Shown here one piece after another: positions 1-8,383 of a DNA stretch of 64,000 bases. The position numbers and the translations under genes were made by a program. How positions within the stretch are numbered: the first letter of the stretch is position 1; each line of letters begins with the position of its first letter. The notes under the pieces are model-generated. The model had not been told where the DNA came from. It saw only the letters and a list, made by a program, of their open reading frames with translations, and ran no database searches. Origin of the DNA: Candidatus Endomicrobium labiotermitis (GTDB taxonomy: Bacteria > Elusimicrobiota > Endomicrobiia > Endomicrobiales > Endomicrobiaceae); NCBI GenBank assembly GCA_009778965.1, contig WRFE01000003.1:2585-66584 (forward strand), read 5' to 3'.

Positions 1-235
1 ATAAATGGCGACTTTTGGTCCTCTAACCGTGTTTGTATTTTTACAAACAGATGAAGGTTCTACCTTCAACCAAAAGACATTATTAATTTAAGCTTGTATG
101 CTTACATATACGACAAATACTCCTAAAATTTACTTTCTTGCATTATATAAAAGCACTCGGATAAATACAAATTGTATCTAACATTTTAATTTTTTGAGGC
201 TTTTATCTTCAAAAATATAGTACGTACTCTATGGT

Positions 236-2323
236 TTAATTATTTGCTGTTATCCCGTTGTAAAAATATTCTAATATATATGTTTCAAATGGATGTATAT
301 CTTGAATTTTTGACTTCATTATTTCAAATCCAATTCCATTGAATTTGACAATTACATCATGAATTGTTAAGTTTTCATCTTCAAAATTTATAATATTTGA
401 ATTTTGTATTTTTCTACTAATCATTCTCGGTAAACCATATTCTTCCAAAGCATAGACTATTTTCGGTAAAAAAGCATTTGAAAGTTTGAATACAAAAGGT
501 GATATATCTACGTTATTCTCACGTAAGCAGTATTTCTGCAAAACATTAACATCATTTAAAAGGGCAGCAAAATTAAATGTAACAAATTTTTCAAAATGAA
601 AATATTTTTCTGTAGATAAATTATTAAAACTAGATAAAATGTCAGGTATAGGTTTAGACCAATTATTAGATATAGCTTTTATATAAGAAACCATGTTTAC
701 ATATTCCGTGCCTACTGCCCCTCCGCAAAATTTTAAAAGCTTATATAACATTCTATCCCAATTATCAACATCTGAAGAAACAATGTATGCTAATCCATTC
801 CATTCTTTCGAATTGTTCTGCATGTCAGTTATTATATCCCGATGAAGTTCATGATCCATTGTCTGTAAAGCATGTTGTTTTATGAGCTTTTTATAAACTT
901 TTTCGCCCAATAAATTATCCATTTCTTCTTCCAATACTTTTATCTTTTTAATTTGCTCTCTGGTTAAATCTTGTTCAAATTTTGCTTCATCTATACTGCT
1001 TAGTAGTTCTTCTGGAAAAGGAAGTGTTAATTCAATTGGTTTTTCTTCCGGAGGTTTTTCTAATAAAAAAACCTTTCCTATGAAGTGCTTAAACATCCTA
1101 CCGCCTCGACCAATTATATTTTTATATTTGAAAATATTTAATTTAGGTCTGCCGTCTTTGTTCGCCCATAAAATAATATTTTCTGCTGATGTGTTTATTC
1201 CCTCAATAATAGAAGATGTAGAAATTATGCTATCTAAACCTTTTTTTTCTTCAAATAAAGATATTTGTATTTGACTCAAAGATCTATGCAATTTCCCATT
1301 ATGTATCCCTATCCCTTTTTTTGATAACTCTGCTAAAGTGTAATTTTTACTATAGTTTTTTATTAACCAATCAGAAAATGAGTCTAGTAGAGTATCATTT
1401 TTTTGAGGTATTTCTCGATTAAGATATTGTGACACTATATCTATATTGTTATATGTTCCACAATATATTAATGTTTTTGAGGAATACTTCTTAAGAATTT
1501 CTAAAAGCTCTTTATTCTTATCTACTTCAGACTCTTTATATCTTTCATTTTGTTCCAAAAATACAGTATTGAAATCTATTGGTATAAACTCCATATCCTT
1601 TGTGAATTGGTTATCTTTTGCAATCGATGAAATATTTGGAGATAAATAATATTTTTGTTTTGATTTTTTACCCAATTCTAATATTACTTTTAAAAGAGCT
1701 GAAGTTCTTCCTTCATCATCAAACTCGGCCTTATAAAATTCATCAACTATTAAAATATCTATTTCTTCTATTGTATTTATATATGTGAGAGCTCTTTCTT
1801 GTGGAAAAATAAGTATATTTTTATCCGCTAATTCCGCATCAGGCATTGTAATAATCTTATATTCTTTGGCAAATTTTTTATACAACCGCCTTCGAGTCTC
1901 ATCTGTCAAAGCGATAGTAGGTACAATTACAACAACATTTTTTGGTTTTTTTATTGCAATAAAAGCATCTATTATAAAACTTTTTCCAAAGCTTGTTGAA
2001 GCACTAACTGCTATGTTTTTACCGTTCAGTAATTTTTGTAATAAAAGAGATTGCTCTCTGTGCAATGTAAGCTCTTCATCAGTTCCAACATTAACTTTAA
2101 AAGCGTTATAGACATATTGCTCTTGCCAACTTGAGGTTTCAAAATCCATATAAGGATATAATCCAACCTCTCTGATTAGATAGTTAATTAACTCATTATA
2201 TTCAATATTGTTTTGCTTACAAACATCAAGCAATTTGATAAGTTCATTTCGTGCTTCATTTTCATTGTTATTTAACAATAAATTATTAATATTAGCACAT
2301 GACTCGAAAACATCAATCTTCAT
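236..2323 (-). CDS. hamB: Hachiman B, SF2 (Ski2-like) helicase, 695 aa
   Basis: Walker A ASTSFGKS, IVDEFYK, GIHNG, STSSIIEGIN and GRGGR helicase motifs; starts 1 nt after the hamA stop. Confidence 0.85.
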   Translation of the reverse strand: MKIDVFESCANINNLLLNNNENEARNELIKLLDVCKQNNIEYNELINYLIREVGLYPYMDFETSSWQEQYVYNAFKVNVGTDEELTLHREQSLLLQKLLNGKNIAVSASTSFGKSFIIDAFIAIKKPKNVVVIVPTIALTDETRRRLYKKFAKEYKIITMPDAELADKNILIFPQERALTYINTIEEIDILIVDEFYKAEFDDEGRTSALLKVILELGKKSKQKYYLSPNISSIAKDNQFTKDMEFIPIDFNTVFLEQNERYKESEVDKNKELLEILKKYSSKTLIYCGTYNNIDIVSQYLNREIPQKNDTLLDSFSDWLIKNYSKNYTLAELSKKGIGIHNGKLHRSLSQIQISLFEEKKGLDSIISTSSIIEGINTSAENIILWANKDGRPKLNIFKYKNIIGRGGRMFKHFIGKVFLLEKPPEEKPIELTLPFPEELLSSIDEAKFEQDLTREQIKKIKVLEEEMDNLLGEKVYKKLIKQHALQTMDHELHRDIITDMQNNSKEWNGLAYIVSSDVDNWDRMLYKLLKFCGGAVGTEYVNMVSYIKAISNNWSKPIPDILSSFNNLSTEKYFHFEKFVTFNFAALLNDVNVLQKYCLRENNVDISPFVFKLSNAFLPKIVYALEEYGLPRMISRKIQNSNIINFEDENLTIHDVIVKFNGIGFEIMKSKIQDIHPFETYILEYFYNGITANN

Positions 2324-2324
2324 T

Positions 2325-3242
2325 TTATATTTCCCTTATCTTTTTAGCCGCACTCACAAACTGCTTGCTAATGATATTTTTATTAGGCACAGGAAACAGC
2401 ATAATGTGAAAGGATATTTTGTCATAATATGTTATTCTTCTTGATAATTTGTTGATTTGTTTTTGATAATATGCAGTCGCTTTTTCTCTATGGTAAGCTA
2501 CGATATCATCCTTGTATTTTTTGTTTGACTCTTTGGCATTGGCGGTTATCGAACACTCATGCAGTAATAGAATAGGGATATGCAATTTAGGTTTTAATTT
2601 ATCTATTGATGTTTCAGTAAGCAAAATGCGTTTGATTTTACCGAGCAGGGTTGGTTTATTTCCTAATATTCTATCTAAATCTGCTATGTTAGTAATAATA
2701 CTATTTTCTTTTTTTAATTTTTTTGTTAATAAGGAATTGCCTACAGATTCTATTATTTTGTCTAGGCGAGAATTTGTTATTGAATTATAAAATTTTGCTT
2801 CTCCAAACCATAAAGAAAAATCATCATTACTTTCAATGACAATATGAACGCTATCAGAACCTTTTGCATAATCATTATTATTTTGCTTATAAAATATTTT
2901 AGGTACGATTGATAATGCACCATAATAATGTTTCATGATGCCATATAATAAAATTTCCGCTAGTTCGCTAGCACCATTAACATCATTTTCTAGTAATCTT
3001 AATTTTTTTGCTGATTCAGAAAGTTTAGACATATCCACTAATGAACGTCTTTCTTTCAGTGTTAATGCCGTTTCTGATATATTATCCCATATAAATCTTT
3101 GAAATTTAGAGTATCTCCATTTCTTATCTTCGAAATCATTTATAATACTTAATACATATTTATTATCAATTGGGGACAATGTATTATCTGTTGTCACATT
3201 AATGAATCTGTCATCAATTAAAACTTCAAAATTTGGAGGCAT
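2325..3242 (-). CDS. hamA: Hachiman A (DUF1837) nuclease, 305 aa
   Basis: LAEILLY...KIFYK...KGSDSVHIV...LWFGEAKFY pattern typical of DUF1837; coupled to the helicase. Confidence 0.85.
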   Translation of the reverse strand: MPPNFEVLIDDRFINVTTDNTLSPIDNKYVLSIINDFEDKKWRYSKFQRFIWDNISETALTLKERRSLVDMSKLSESAKKLRLLENDVNGASELAEILLYGIMKHYYGALSIVPKIFYKQNNNDYAKGSDSVHIVIESNDDFSLWFGEAKFYNSITNSRLDKIIESVGNSLLTKKLKKENSIITNIADLDRILGNKPTLLGKIKRILLTETSIDKLKPKLHIPILLLHECSITANAKESNKKYKDDIVAYHREKATAYYQKQINKLSRRITYYDKISFHIMLFPVPNKNIISKQFVSAAKKIREI

Positions 3243-3294
3243 GTGTTTCCTTTTAAATACCTAATCTAAAAAAATTTAATGTTTATAATCCCTA

Positions 3295-4215
3295 CTACTT
3301 AATCTCTTTTATTTGGTCTTTTGAAAACAGCATATAGTCGCCGTCGGTTTTAGCAACGGGCTTAATTTTGCCTATTCTTAAATAATATCTTATTGTTGAT
3401 ACCGGAACGCCTGCCGCTTTCGCAAAATCGCTGATTTTAAGCAGTTTATTTACCGGAATATCAGACGCTTTTTCATCAAACATTTCTATATAAACATTCA
3501 TAGAGCGTATATACGCCTGAAGCATAAACTTTTCGTAATTTTCGGTTTTCTGCGGCGTTAATTGTGCCTGTTCAATAACATTTATGTAATGCTTGCGGTC
3601 TCTGGGTCTTATGATTAAAGGCAAAAAACCGTTTTTCAATAAAATGAGATTTAGCAAAAGCCTTGCGGTTCTGCCGTTGCCGTCAATAAAAGGATGGATT
3701 GAAACAAACTTAAAATGAGCGACAGCCGCTTTGTGGGCAGGAGTTAATTCGCTTGTTTCAAGCCATTTCACGAAGTCTTGCATCAGGTCGTAAACTTTCG
3801 CGGGATTTGGCATAATTACCTGCGATCCGGCTATTCTTACGCGGACATTTCTGTATCTTCCGCTAAATTCTTCATCTATTCCTTTCAATATTTGCCTGTG
3901 AATCTCCAAAATATCGTTTTCCGTGATATTTCTTTTATCTTTGGCTAATTCCAAAACAAATTTAAAAGCATCCGCATGATTTTTTGCTTCAAGATAATCT
4001 TTAACCGGCTTTGAACCCGTGGTTATATTGTCACAAATTACCCTGCAGGTTTCTTTTCGCGTTAAAGTATTGCCTTCAATTGCATTAGATGTATATGCAA
4101 GTTCGGTCAAAAGCCAATCCTCCAACACCCTCATTTTCTGGGTATCGCGGGAAATAAGCTTTATTTGCTCTTCCTTTATGGCAATTTCTTTTAAAAGGTC
4201 TTCCATATTTTGCAT
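3295..4215 (-). CDS. Fic-family AMPylase with C-terminal MerR-type HTH, 306 aa (likely start Met at 4206 or 4215)
   Basis: Intact HPFIDGNGRTAR; inhibitory-helix motif SNAIEG; C-terminus LLKISDFAKAAGVPVSTIRYYLRIGKIKP fits a MerR HTH. Confidence 0.9.
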   Translation of the reverse strand: MQNMEDLLKEIAIKEEQIKLISRDTQKMRVLEDWLLTELAYTSNAIEGNTLTRKETCRVICDNITTGSKPVKDYLEAKNHADAFKFVLELAKDKRNITENDILEIHRQILKGIDEEFSGRYRNVRVRIAGSQVIMPNPAKVYDLMQDFVKWLETSELTPAHKAAVAHFKFVSIHPFIDGNGRTARLLLNLILLKNGFLPLIIRPRDRKHYINVIEQAQLTPQKTENYEKFMLQAYIRSMNVYIEMFDEKASDIPVNKLLKISDFAKAAGVPVSTIRYYLRIGKIKPVAKTDGDYMLFSKDQIKEIK

Positions 4216-4230
4216 AATACCGCCTTTATT

Positions 4231-4285
4231 TTTAGTGCATAGTTTTATTTATTACAACTATACACTAAACTTCGAATAATGTCAA
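4231..4285 (-). promoter_or_regulatory. sigma70 promoter of fic (TTGACA-17-TATAGT) overlapped by a 14-bp inverted repeat
   Basis: -35 at 4280-4285 and -10 at 4257-4262 on minus; arms tttagtgcatagtt (4231-4244) and aactatacactaaa (4256-4269), 13/14 complementary. Confidence 0.75.
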
Positions 4286-4533
4286 TCAACTTTTTTGTTT
4301 TATCTGCTTTGCCACTGAATTGCATATACGAAAGGGGAGCGCTGCGCCTCCCAACTTCCGCCATACTTTTTGCAGACAGTCAAAAAGTATGCAAAAACCC
4401 TGCCGCTGACACTAATTCGCTCGTATTTTTTAGGCGGCTGTGGAACTCGCTTCGCTCAGACAGTCCTCGCCGACTACTCCTAAAAAATTCTCGTTCATAT
4501 ATGCGTGTATGCGGCACTACAACTACAAAACAT

Positions 4534-4663
4534 GGATTCCGGATCAAGTCCGGAATGACAGAAAGGACAGACCCTTCGGCTTCGCTCAGGGTGACAAACC
4601 GAGAAAGTATGCATTATTACGACAATACCGCCCTCACCCTACCTCTCCCTGACAAGGGAGAGG
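4534..4663. repeat. Cluster of palindromic repeats (two GTCA-tagged REP-like hairpins plus a CCCTCACCCT..CTCTCCC..GGGAGAGG element)
   Basis: ggattccggatcaagtccggaatgac 4534-4559; gacccttcggcttcgctcagggtgac 4570-4595; 4631-4663 recurs at 14050-14085. Confidence 0.85.
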
Positions 4664-5503
4664 AGTTACTAACCAACAATAAGTAAAAAAATACCCTAAA
4701 ACTAGCAAACCTAGCGCTATTCTGTACCAGCCGAATGCTTTAAAATCGTGCTTTTTAACATAACCTAACAAGAAACGTATAGTAACAATAGATACTACAA
4801 AAGCAATTACCATGCCAAGAATGAGCGTTATTGCTTCTGCCGCGGTAAAATTCATACCGAATTTTGAAAGTTTTAACGCGCTTGCGCCAAACATAACAGG
4901 CACTGCAAGAAAAAACGTGTATTCCGCGGCAACGGTTCTTGAAATACCAAGAATCAGCCCGCCGATTATTGTAGATCCTGAACGCGAAGTACCGGGAAAA
5001 ACAGCCGCGATAAGCTGAAATAAACCTATTACAAATGCCATCATAAATGTTATTTCCGCAATTGAATTTATTTTAGGAGGAACGTTTTTGTTGCGGTTTT
5101 CAACAATAATAAAAAATATACCAAACAATATCAGCATTATGGCTACGGTTGTATAGTTATAGAAAAGTTCGTTCATTTTTTTATCAAACAAAACGCCTAT
5201 TACTGCCGCCGGTACGCACGAAACCGCTATTTTCAGCCACATTATTATGGTTTCTTTTTTTATTGCAATTTTTTTGTTTTCAAAAGATACCGGTAAAAGC
5301 CTTTTCCAGTAAAGCACAACAACCGCAAGAATTGAACCAAACTGTATTACAACCAAAAACATCTCTTTAAAAGCTTCGGTTATATTTAAATGTATAAACT
5401 CATCCGCAAGTATCATGTGACCGGTACTGCTTATAGGCAGCCATTCCGTTACGCCTTGTATAATACCTATAATAACAACTTTGACTATTTCTATAAATTC
5501 CAT
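4634..5503 (-). CDS. uppP: Undecaprenyl-diphosphate phosphatase (BacA/UppP)
   Basis: [13 protein letters not shown] and PGTSRSGST motifs; multi-pass hydrophobic protein. Confidence 0.95.
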   Translation of the reverse strand: MEFIEIVKVVIIGIIQGVTEWLPISSTGHMILADEFIHLNITEAFKEMFLVVIQFGSILAVVVLYWKRLLPVSFENKKIAIKKETIIMWLKIAVSCVPAAVIGVLFDKKMNELFYNYTTVAIMLILFGIFFIIVENRNKNVPPKINSIAEITFMMAFVIGLFQLIAAVFPGTSRSGSTIIGGLILGISRTVAAEYTFFLAVPVMFGASALKLSKFGMNFTAAEAITLILGMVIAFVVSIVTIRFLLGYVKKHDFKAFGWYRIALGLLVLGYFFTYCWLVTPLPCQGEVG

Positions 5504-5550
5504 TATTCCTCCTGTGTTTATAACGGTATTCTATGATAAATTTTAAATCA

Positions 5551-5578
5551 ATGCAATAAAAATTCCGGGGCTTGCGTT
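5551..5578 (+). promoter_or_regulatory. Conserved bipartite motif ATGCAATAAAA-N11-TGCGTT (candidate ECF-sigma promoter); also at 8296-8323 and 39976-40003
   Basis: Three copies with identical spacing, each 59-99 nt upstream of an exported-protein start codon. Confidence 0.55.
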
Positions 5579-5636
5579 ACTTTATCAAGGATTTGCAAAA
5601 AGCAGAATCCAAAAAACAAGGAAAAGGAGAAGTATC

Positions 5637-6098
5637 ATGATGAAAAAAATGGCGTTGGTAATGTTAGGATTGTTCGTAATGAGCAGCTTAGGTTTCGCGG
5701 GCGGAATTAAAGGCGAAGGGAAAGGCAAACAAATGGACCCGGAACAGAAAGCTAAATTTGAAGCAATGAAGAAAGAAAGAACGGAATACTTTAAAAACTT
5801 GGAAGTTCTTGTAGCAAAGTATAATGCCGCTTCCGAAAAAGACAGAGTAGCTGTAAAGAAAGAAATTACTAATCTTGTAACAACGAAAACCAATAAAAGA
5901 ATTGCTGATAAAAAAGCAGAAGTAGCAAAACTTGAAAAGAACAGAACCGCAGATGTAAACAAAAAAGTAGATTTTTTGCTTAGCGCGGAAGGACAAGCGA
6001 AAATGCAGAAAATGAAAGAAAAAGGCTTGCAGGCAAAAGGCGATAAAAGCTGCAAAAAAGATTTTAAGAAAAACAAAGGCGAAAAGATTAACGCATAA
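5637..6098 (+). CDS. Secreted Lys/Glu-rich helical protein, paralog A (Spy/CpxP-like), 153 aa
   Basis: Signal peptide ending GFA; RBS aggag; MDPEQKAKFEAM resembles the LTPEQ motif; clear paralog of 8384-8848. Confidence 0.8.
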   Translation: MMKKMALVMLGLFVMSSLGFAGGIKGEGKGKQMDPEQKAKFEAMKKERTEYFKNLEVLVAKYNAASEKDRVAVKKEITNLVTTKTNKRIADKKAEVAKLEKNRTADVNKKVDFLLSAEGQAKMQKMKEKGLQAKGDKSCKKDFKKNKGEKINA

Positions 6099-6113
6099 GG
6101 CTTGAGAATAGGT

Positions 6114-6156
6114 AAAAAGTCACTTGTCCGAAGATGAATCGGACAAGTGACTTTTT
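6114..6156 (+). terminator. Intrinsic terminator (18-bp perfect stem)
   Basis: aaaaagtcacttgtccga / tcggacaagtgacttttt. Confidence 0.9.
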
Positions 6157-6226
6157 CGCTTAGAATAATTTTATTAAAAACAGTCTTTTAAATCGCTGCT
6201 CACTATATTTTCAATACAATACTAAT

Positions 6227-6613
6227 ATGACAAAATTTGGTAAAACAATTATTCCATTCGAGTATCGCCCGGAACCGCATGAACTTGATACGGCAAAATT
6301 TTTCAACAAACTCGGAAAAGATGTAGAATTTCTTGCTCCGGTATATGTAAAAAATGCTAAAACGCCAGATATAAAAATGGACTGACTTTTATGGGAAATA
6401 AAAGCTCCGACAGGCAATAGCAGCCGTACTATTGAAAATAATTTAAGAGCTGCTTTAAAGCAATCCGCAAATCTGATACTTGATTTGCGCAGAATAAAAT
6501 TAAATGAACGAAAGGCTATTGCTCAAATTAACAGAGCGTTTAAAATAAGCAAGAAAATTGTAAGACTGTTCGTCATAAAAAAGAACCAAACTTTTCTTGA
6601 CATAAAAAGATAA
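6227..6613 (+). pseudogene. Stand-alone PD-(D/E)xK nuclease (CdiA C-terminal tRNase-like), 128 codons with an in-frame TGA at codon 53; absent from the ORF track
   Basis: Hand translation: MTKFGKTIIPFEYRPEPHELDTAKFFNKLGKDVEFLAPVYVKNAKTPDIKMD*LLWEIKAPTGNSSRTIENNLRAALKQSANLILDLRR...DIKR; TGA at 6383-6385 lies between the PD and ExK motifs. Confidence 0.7.
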
Positions 6614-6683
6614 ATAACCTATACTACTGTCAGACGGGGCGCAACCACTGCTGAATAGCGGAGGTTTCGCTCCGTCGCTTTTT
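6597..6683 (+). ncRNA. Candidate ~50-nt small RNA (about 6631-6683) with its own sigma70 promoter and terminator
   Basis: TTGACA 6597-6602, 17-nt spacer, TATACT 6620-6625; two hairpins followed by a T-run at 6679-6683; no ORF. Confidence 0.55.
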
Positions 6684-6703
6684 CGCAACAACCGGACAAC
6701 TTG

Positions 6704-6867
6704 GATTGCCACGTCGCTATCGCTACGAGCAATGACGATCAAGAAGACAACATACTGCGCAGTACTGCTGTCATTCCGGGCTTGACCCGGAATCTATGAT
6801 TTTGTAACCCTAAACTTATTTTTCATGTTTTTAACTACCGGATGCTGAAACAAGTTCAGCATGACAC
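6704..6867. repeat. REP-like hairpin cluster downstream of rtcB
   Basis: gattgccacgtc...gcaatgac 6704-6736; gtcattccgggcttgacccggaatc 6770-6794; gatgctgaaacaagttcagcatgacac 6841-6867. Confidence 0.85.
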
Positions 6868-6904
6868 ACATTAAACAAGCCAGCAATGACGACAAAGGCA
6901 CTTT

Positions 6905-8074
6905 CTACCCTTTTACCACAGCAAGCGGGGTTAATTCTGTTTCTATTGAAACTAAATCCCTTTGCGCCTGCATAACATCTTCTATATTTTTATACGCGCC
7001 GGCGGCTTCGTCTAATTGTCCTCTGCCTGTTATTGAATGAATAATTCCTTGCGAATCAAGTTTATTTTTTTCTTTATGGAAATCCAGCTCTCTTATGGCC
7101 TGCTTTCTGCTCATTTTTCTGCCTGCCCCGTGCGAACAGGACATAAAGCTTTCCTCATTGCCAAGCCCTTTTACTATATAAGACTTTGTACCTTGGGAAC
7201 CCGGAATTATGCCGGTTTGCCCGTTATAAGCAGACGTTGCGCCCTTTCTGTGAACCCATACTTCTTTTTTAAAATGTTCTTCCTTTTTGCAGTAATTATG
7301 CGCTATATCAATATCATCATAAAAAGAACATCCCGGTATTTCTTCCGTAAAAATGCCTTTTACAATGTTTGCCATGGTTTTTCTGTTAAGCAAAGCAAAT
7401 TCTACGCAAAAGTTCATTTCGGCAAGATATTCCTTAAATAATTTTTCAGTTATAGGAATAAAGGCTAAATCCGCCTCTTTTGGAACGTGGGGAAAATTCG
7501 GCATATTAAGCTTTTTTGCCTGCAAATTATAGTATTCGGCAACCTGTTTGCCCAAATTTCTGCTGCCGCTGTGTATCATAAACCAAATATGCCCGTCAGA
7601 CCCTTTTTGAATTTCTATAAAATGATTGCCGCCGCCTAAAGTGCCGGCTTGAAAAGTCGCCGCTTTATATTGCTCACTGACTATTTTCATAGGAGTTTTT
7701 GTTTTTTCTTTCCATTTATTGAGCGGCAAAATTTCTACGGGAGTTTTTCTGTGTTCAAAACCTACGGGTATAGATTTTTTAATTTTATGCGTAATTTTCA
7801 GCAAAGTTTTCGCGTCAATTTCTTTAAGATTGGTTTTAACCGCGCGCATTCCGCAGCCTATATCCACCCCAACCGCGTTTGGGATTACAACGTCTTTACA
7901 TGCAAGTATCCCGCCGATTGGCATACCGTAGCCGCTGTGAGCGTCCGCCATTAAAGCTATATGACGAAACGCAAAAGGAAGCTTTGCCAAATTTAACGCC
8001 TGCTTTTTTGAAGCTTCGTCTAAATCTTTACACCATGATTTTATTATAAGCCCTTCGGTTTCTATGTGTTTCAT
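6905..8074 (-). CDS. rtcB: RNA 2',3'-cyclic phosphate/3'-phosphate ligase RtcB, 389 aa
   Basis: DAHSGYG, GVDIGCG, GGGNHFIE, IHSGSR, HRKGAT, SHGAGR and DEAAGAYK motifs. Confidence 0.95.
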   Translation of the reverse strand: MKHIETEGLIIKSWCKDLDEASKKQALNLAKLPFAFRHIALMADAHSGYGMPIGGILACKDVVIPNAVGVDIGCGMRAVKTNLKEIDAKTLLKITHKIKKSIPVGFEHRKTPVEILPLNKWKEKTKTPMKIVSEQYKAATFQAGTLGGGNHFIEIQKGSDGHIWFMIHSGSRNLGKQVAEYYNLQAKKLNMPNFPHVPKEADLAFIPITEKLFKEYLAEMNFCVEFALLNRKTMANIVKGIFTEEIPGCSFYDDIDIAHNYCKKEEHFKKEVWVHRKGATSAYNGQTGIIPGSQGTKSYIVKGLGNEESFMSCSHGAGRKMSRKQAIRELDFHKEKNKLDSQGIIHSITGRGQLDEAAGAYKNIEDVMQAQRDLVSIETELTPLAVVKG

Positions 8075-8114
8075 TTTGGTCCTTTATAATACATTAATCT
8101 ATGATTTACTACGA

Positions 8115-8242
8115 GATTGCGGATCAAGTCCGCAATGACAGTATAGAAATACCGTTTCCCGGGTTGTCACCCTGAACTCGTTTTAGGGTTAGACAATTTA
8201 TATTTTTAGCAACGAGATGCTGAAACAAGTTCAGCATGACAC
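8115..8242. repeat. REP-like hairpin cluster upstream of rtcB
   Basis: gattgcggatcaagtccgcaatgac 8115-8139; gtcaccctgaactcgttttagggtt 8166-8190; 8216-8242 identical to 6841-6867. Confidence 0.85.
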
Positions 8243-8383
8243 CCCTAAAACAAAACCGCAATGACAGACACTATTTTAGCGATTCCCTAAATCAAATGCA
8301 ATAAAAAATCAGCAGCCTGCGTTAGTTTATCAAGGATTCACAAAAAAGACAGAATCCAAAAAACAAGGAAAAGGAGAAGTATC

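Noticed and set aside
1-235. Possible gene end or fragment at the window start
   Set aside because: All frames are interrupted within about 30 codons; too little sequence to assign
4279-4686. 135-aa and 70-aa plus-strand ORFs
   Set aside because: They run across stacked palindromic repeats, lack an RBS and have no recognisable motifs
5551-5578. sigma54 promoter reading of the ATGCAA motif (TTGCAT on minus)
   Set aside because: No GG at the required position 10 nt before the GC in any of the three copies
6383-6385. TGA read as Gly (genetic code 25) or as selenocysteine
   Set aside because: TGA is the normal stop of ALDH (11326-11328), uppP, yidC and yidD in this window, and no other gene shows internal TGA. 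A single GGA-to-TGA change or a sequencing error is simpler.
6905-8074. Rtc RNA-repair operon (rtcA, rtcR, Rsr, Y RNA) or tRNA genes
   Set aside because: Only rtcB is present; no such genes and no tRNA cloverleaf were recognised anywhere in the window
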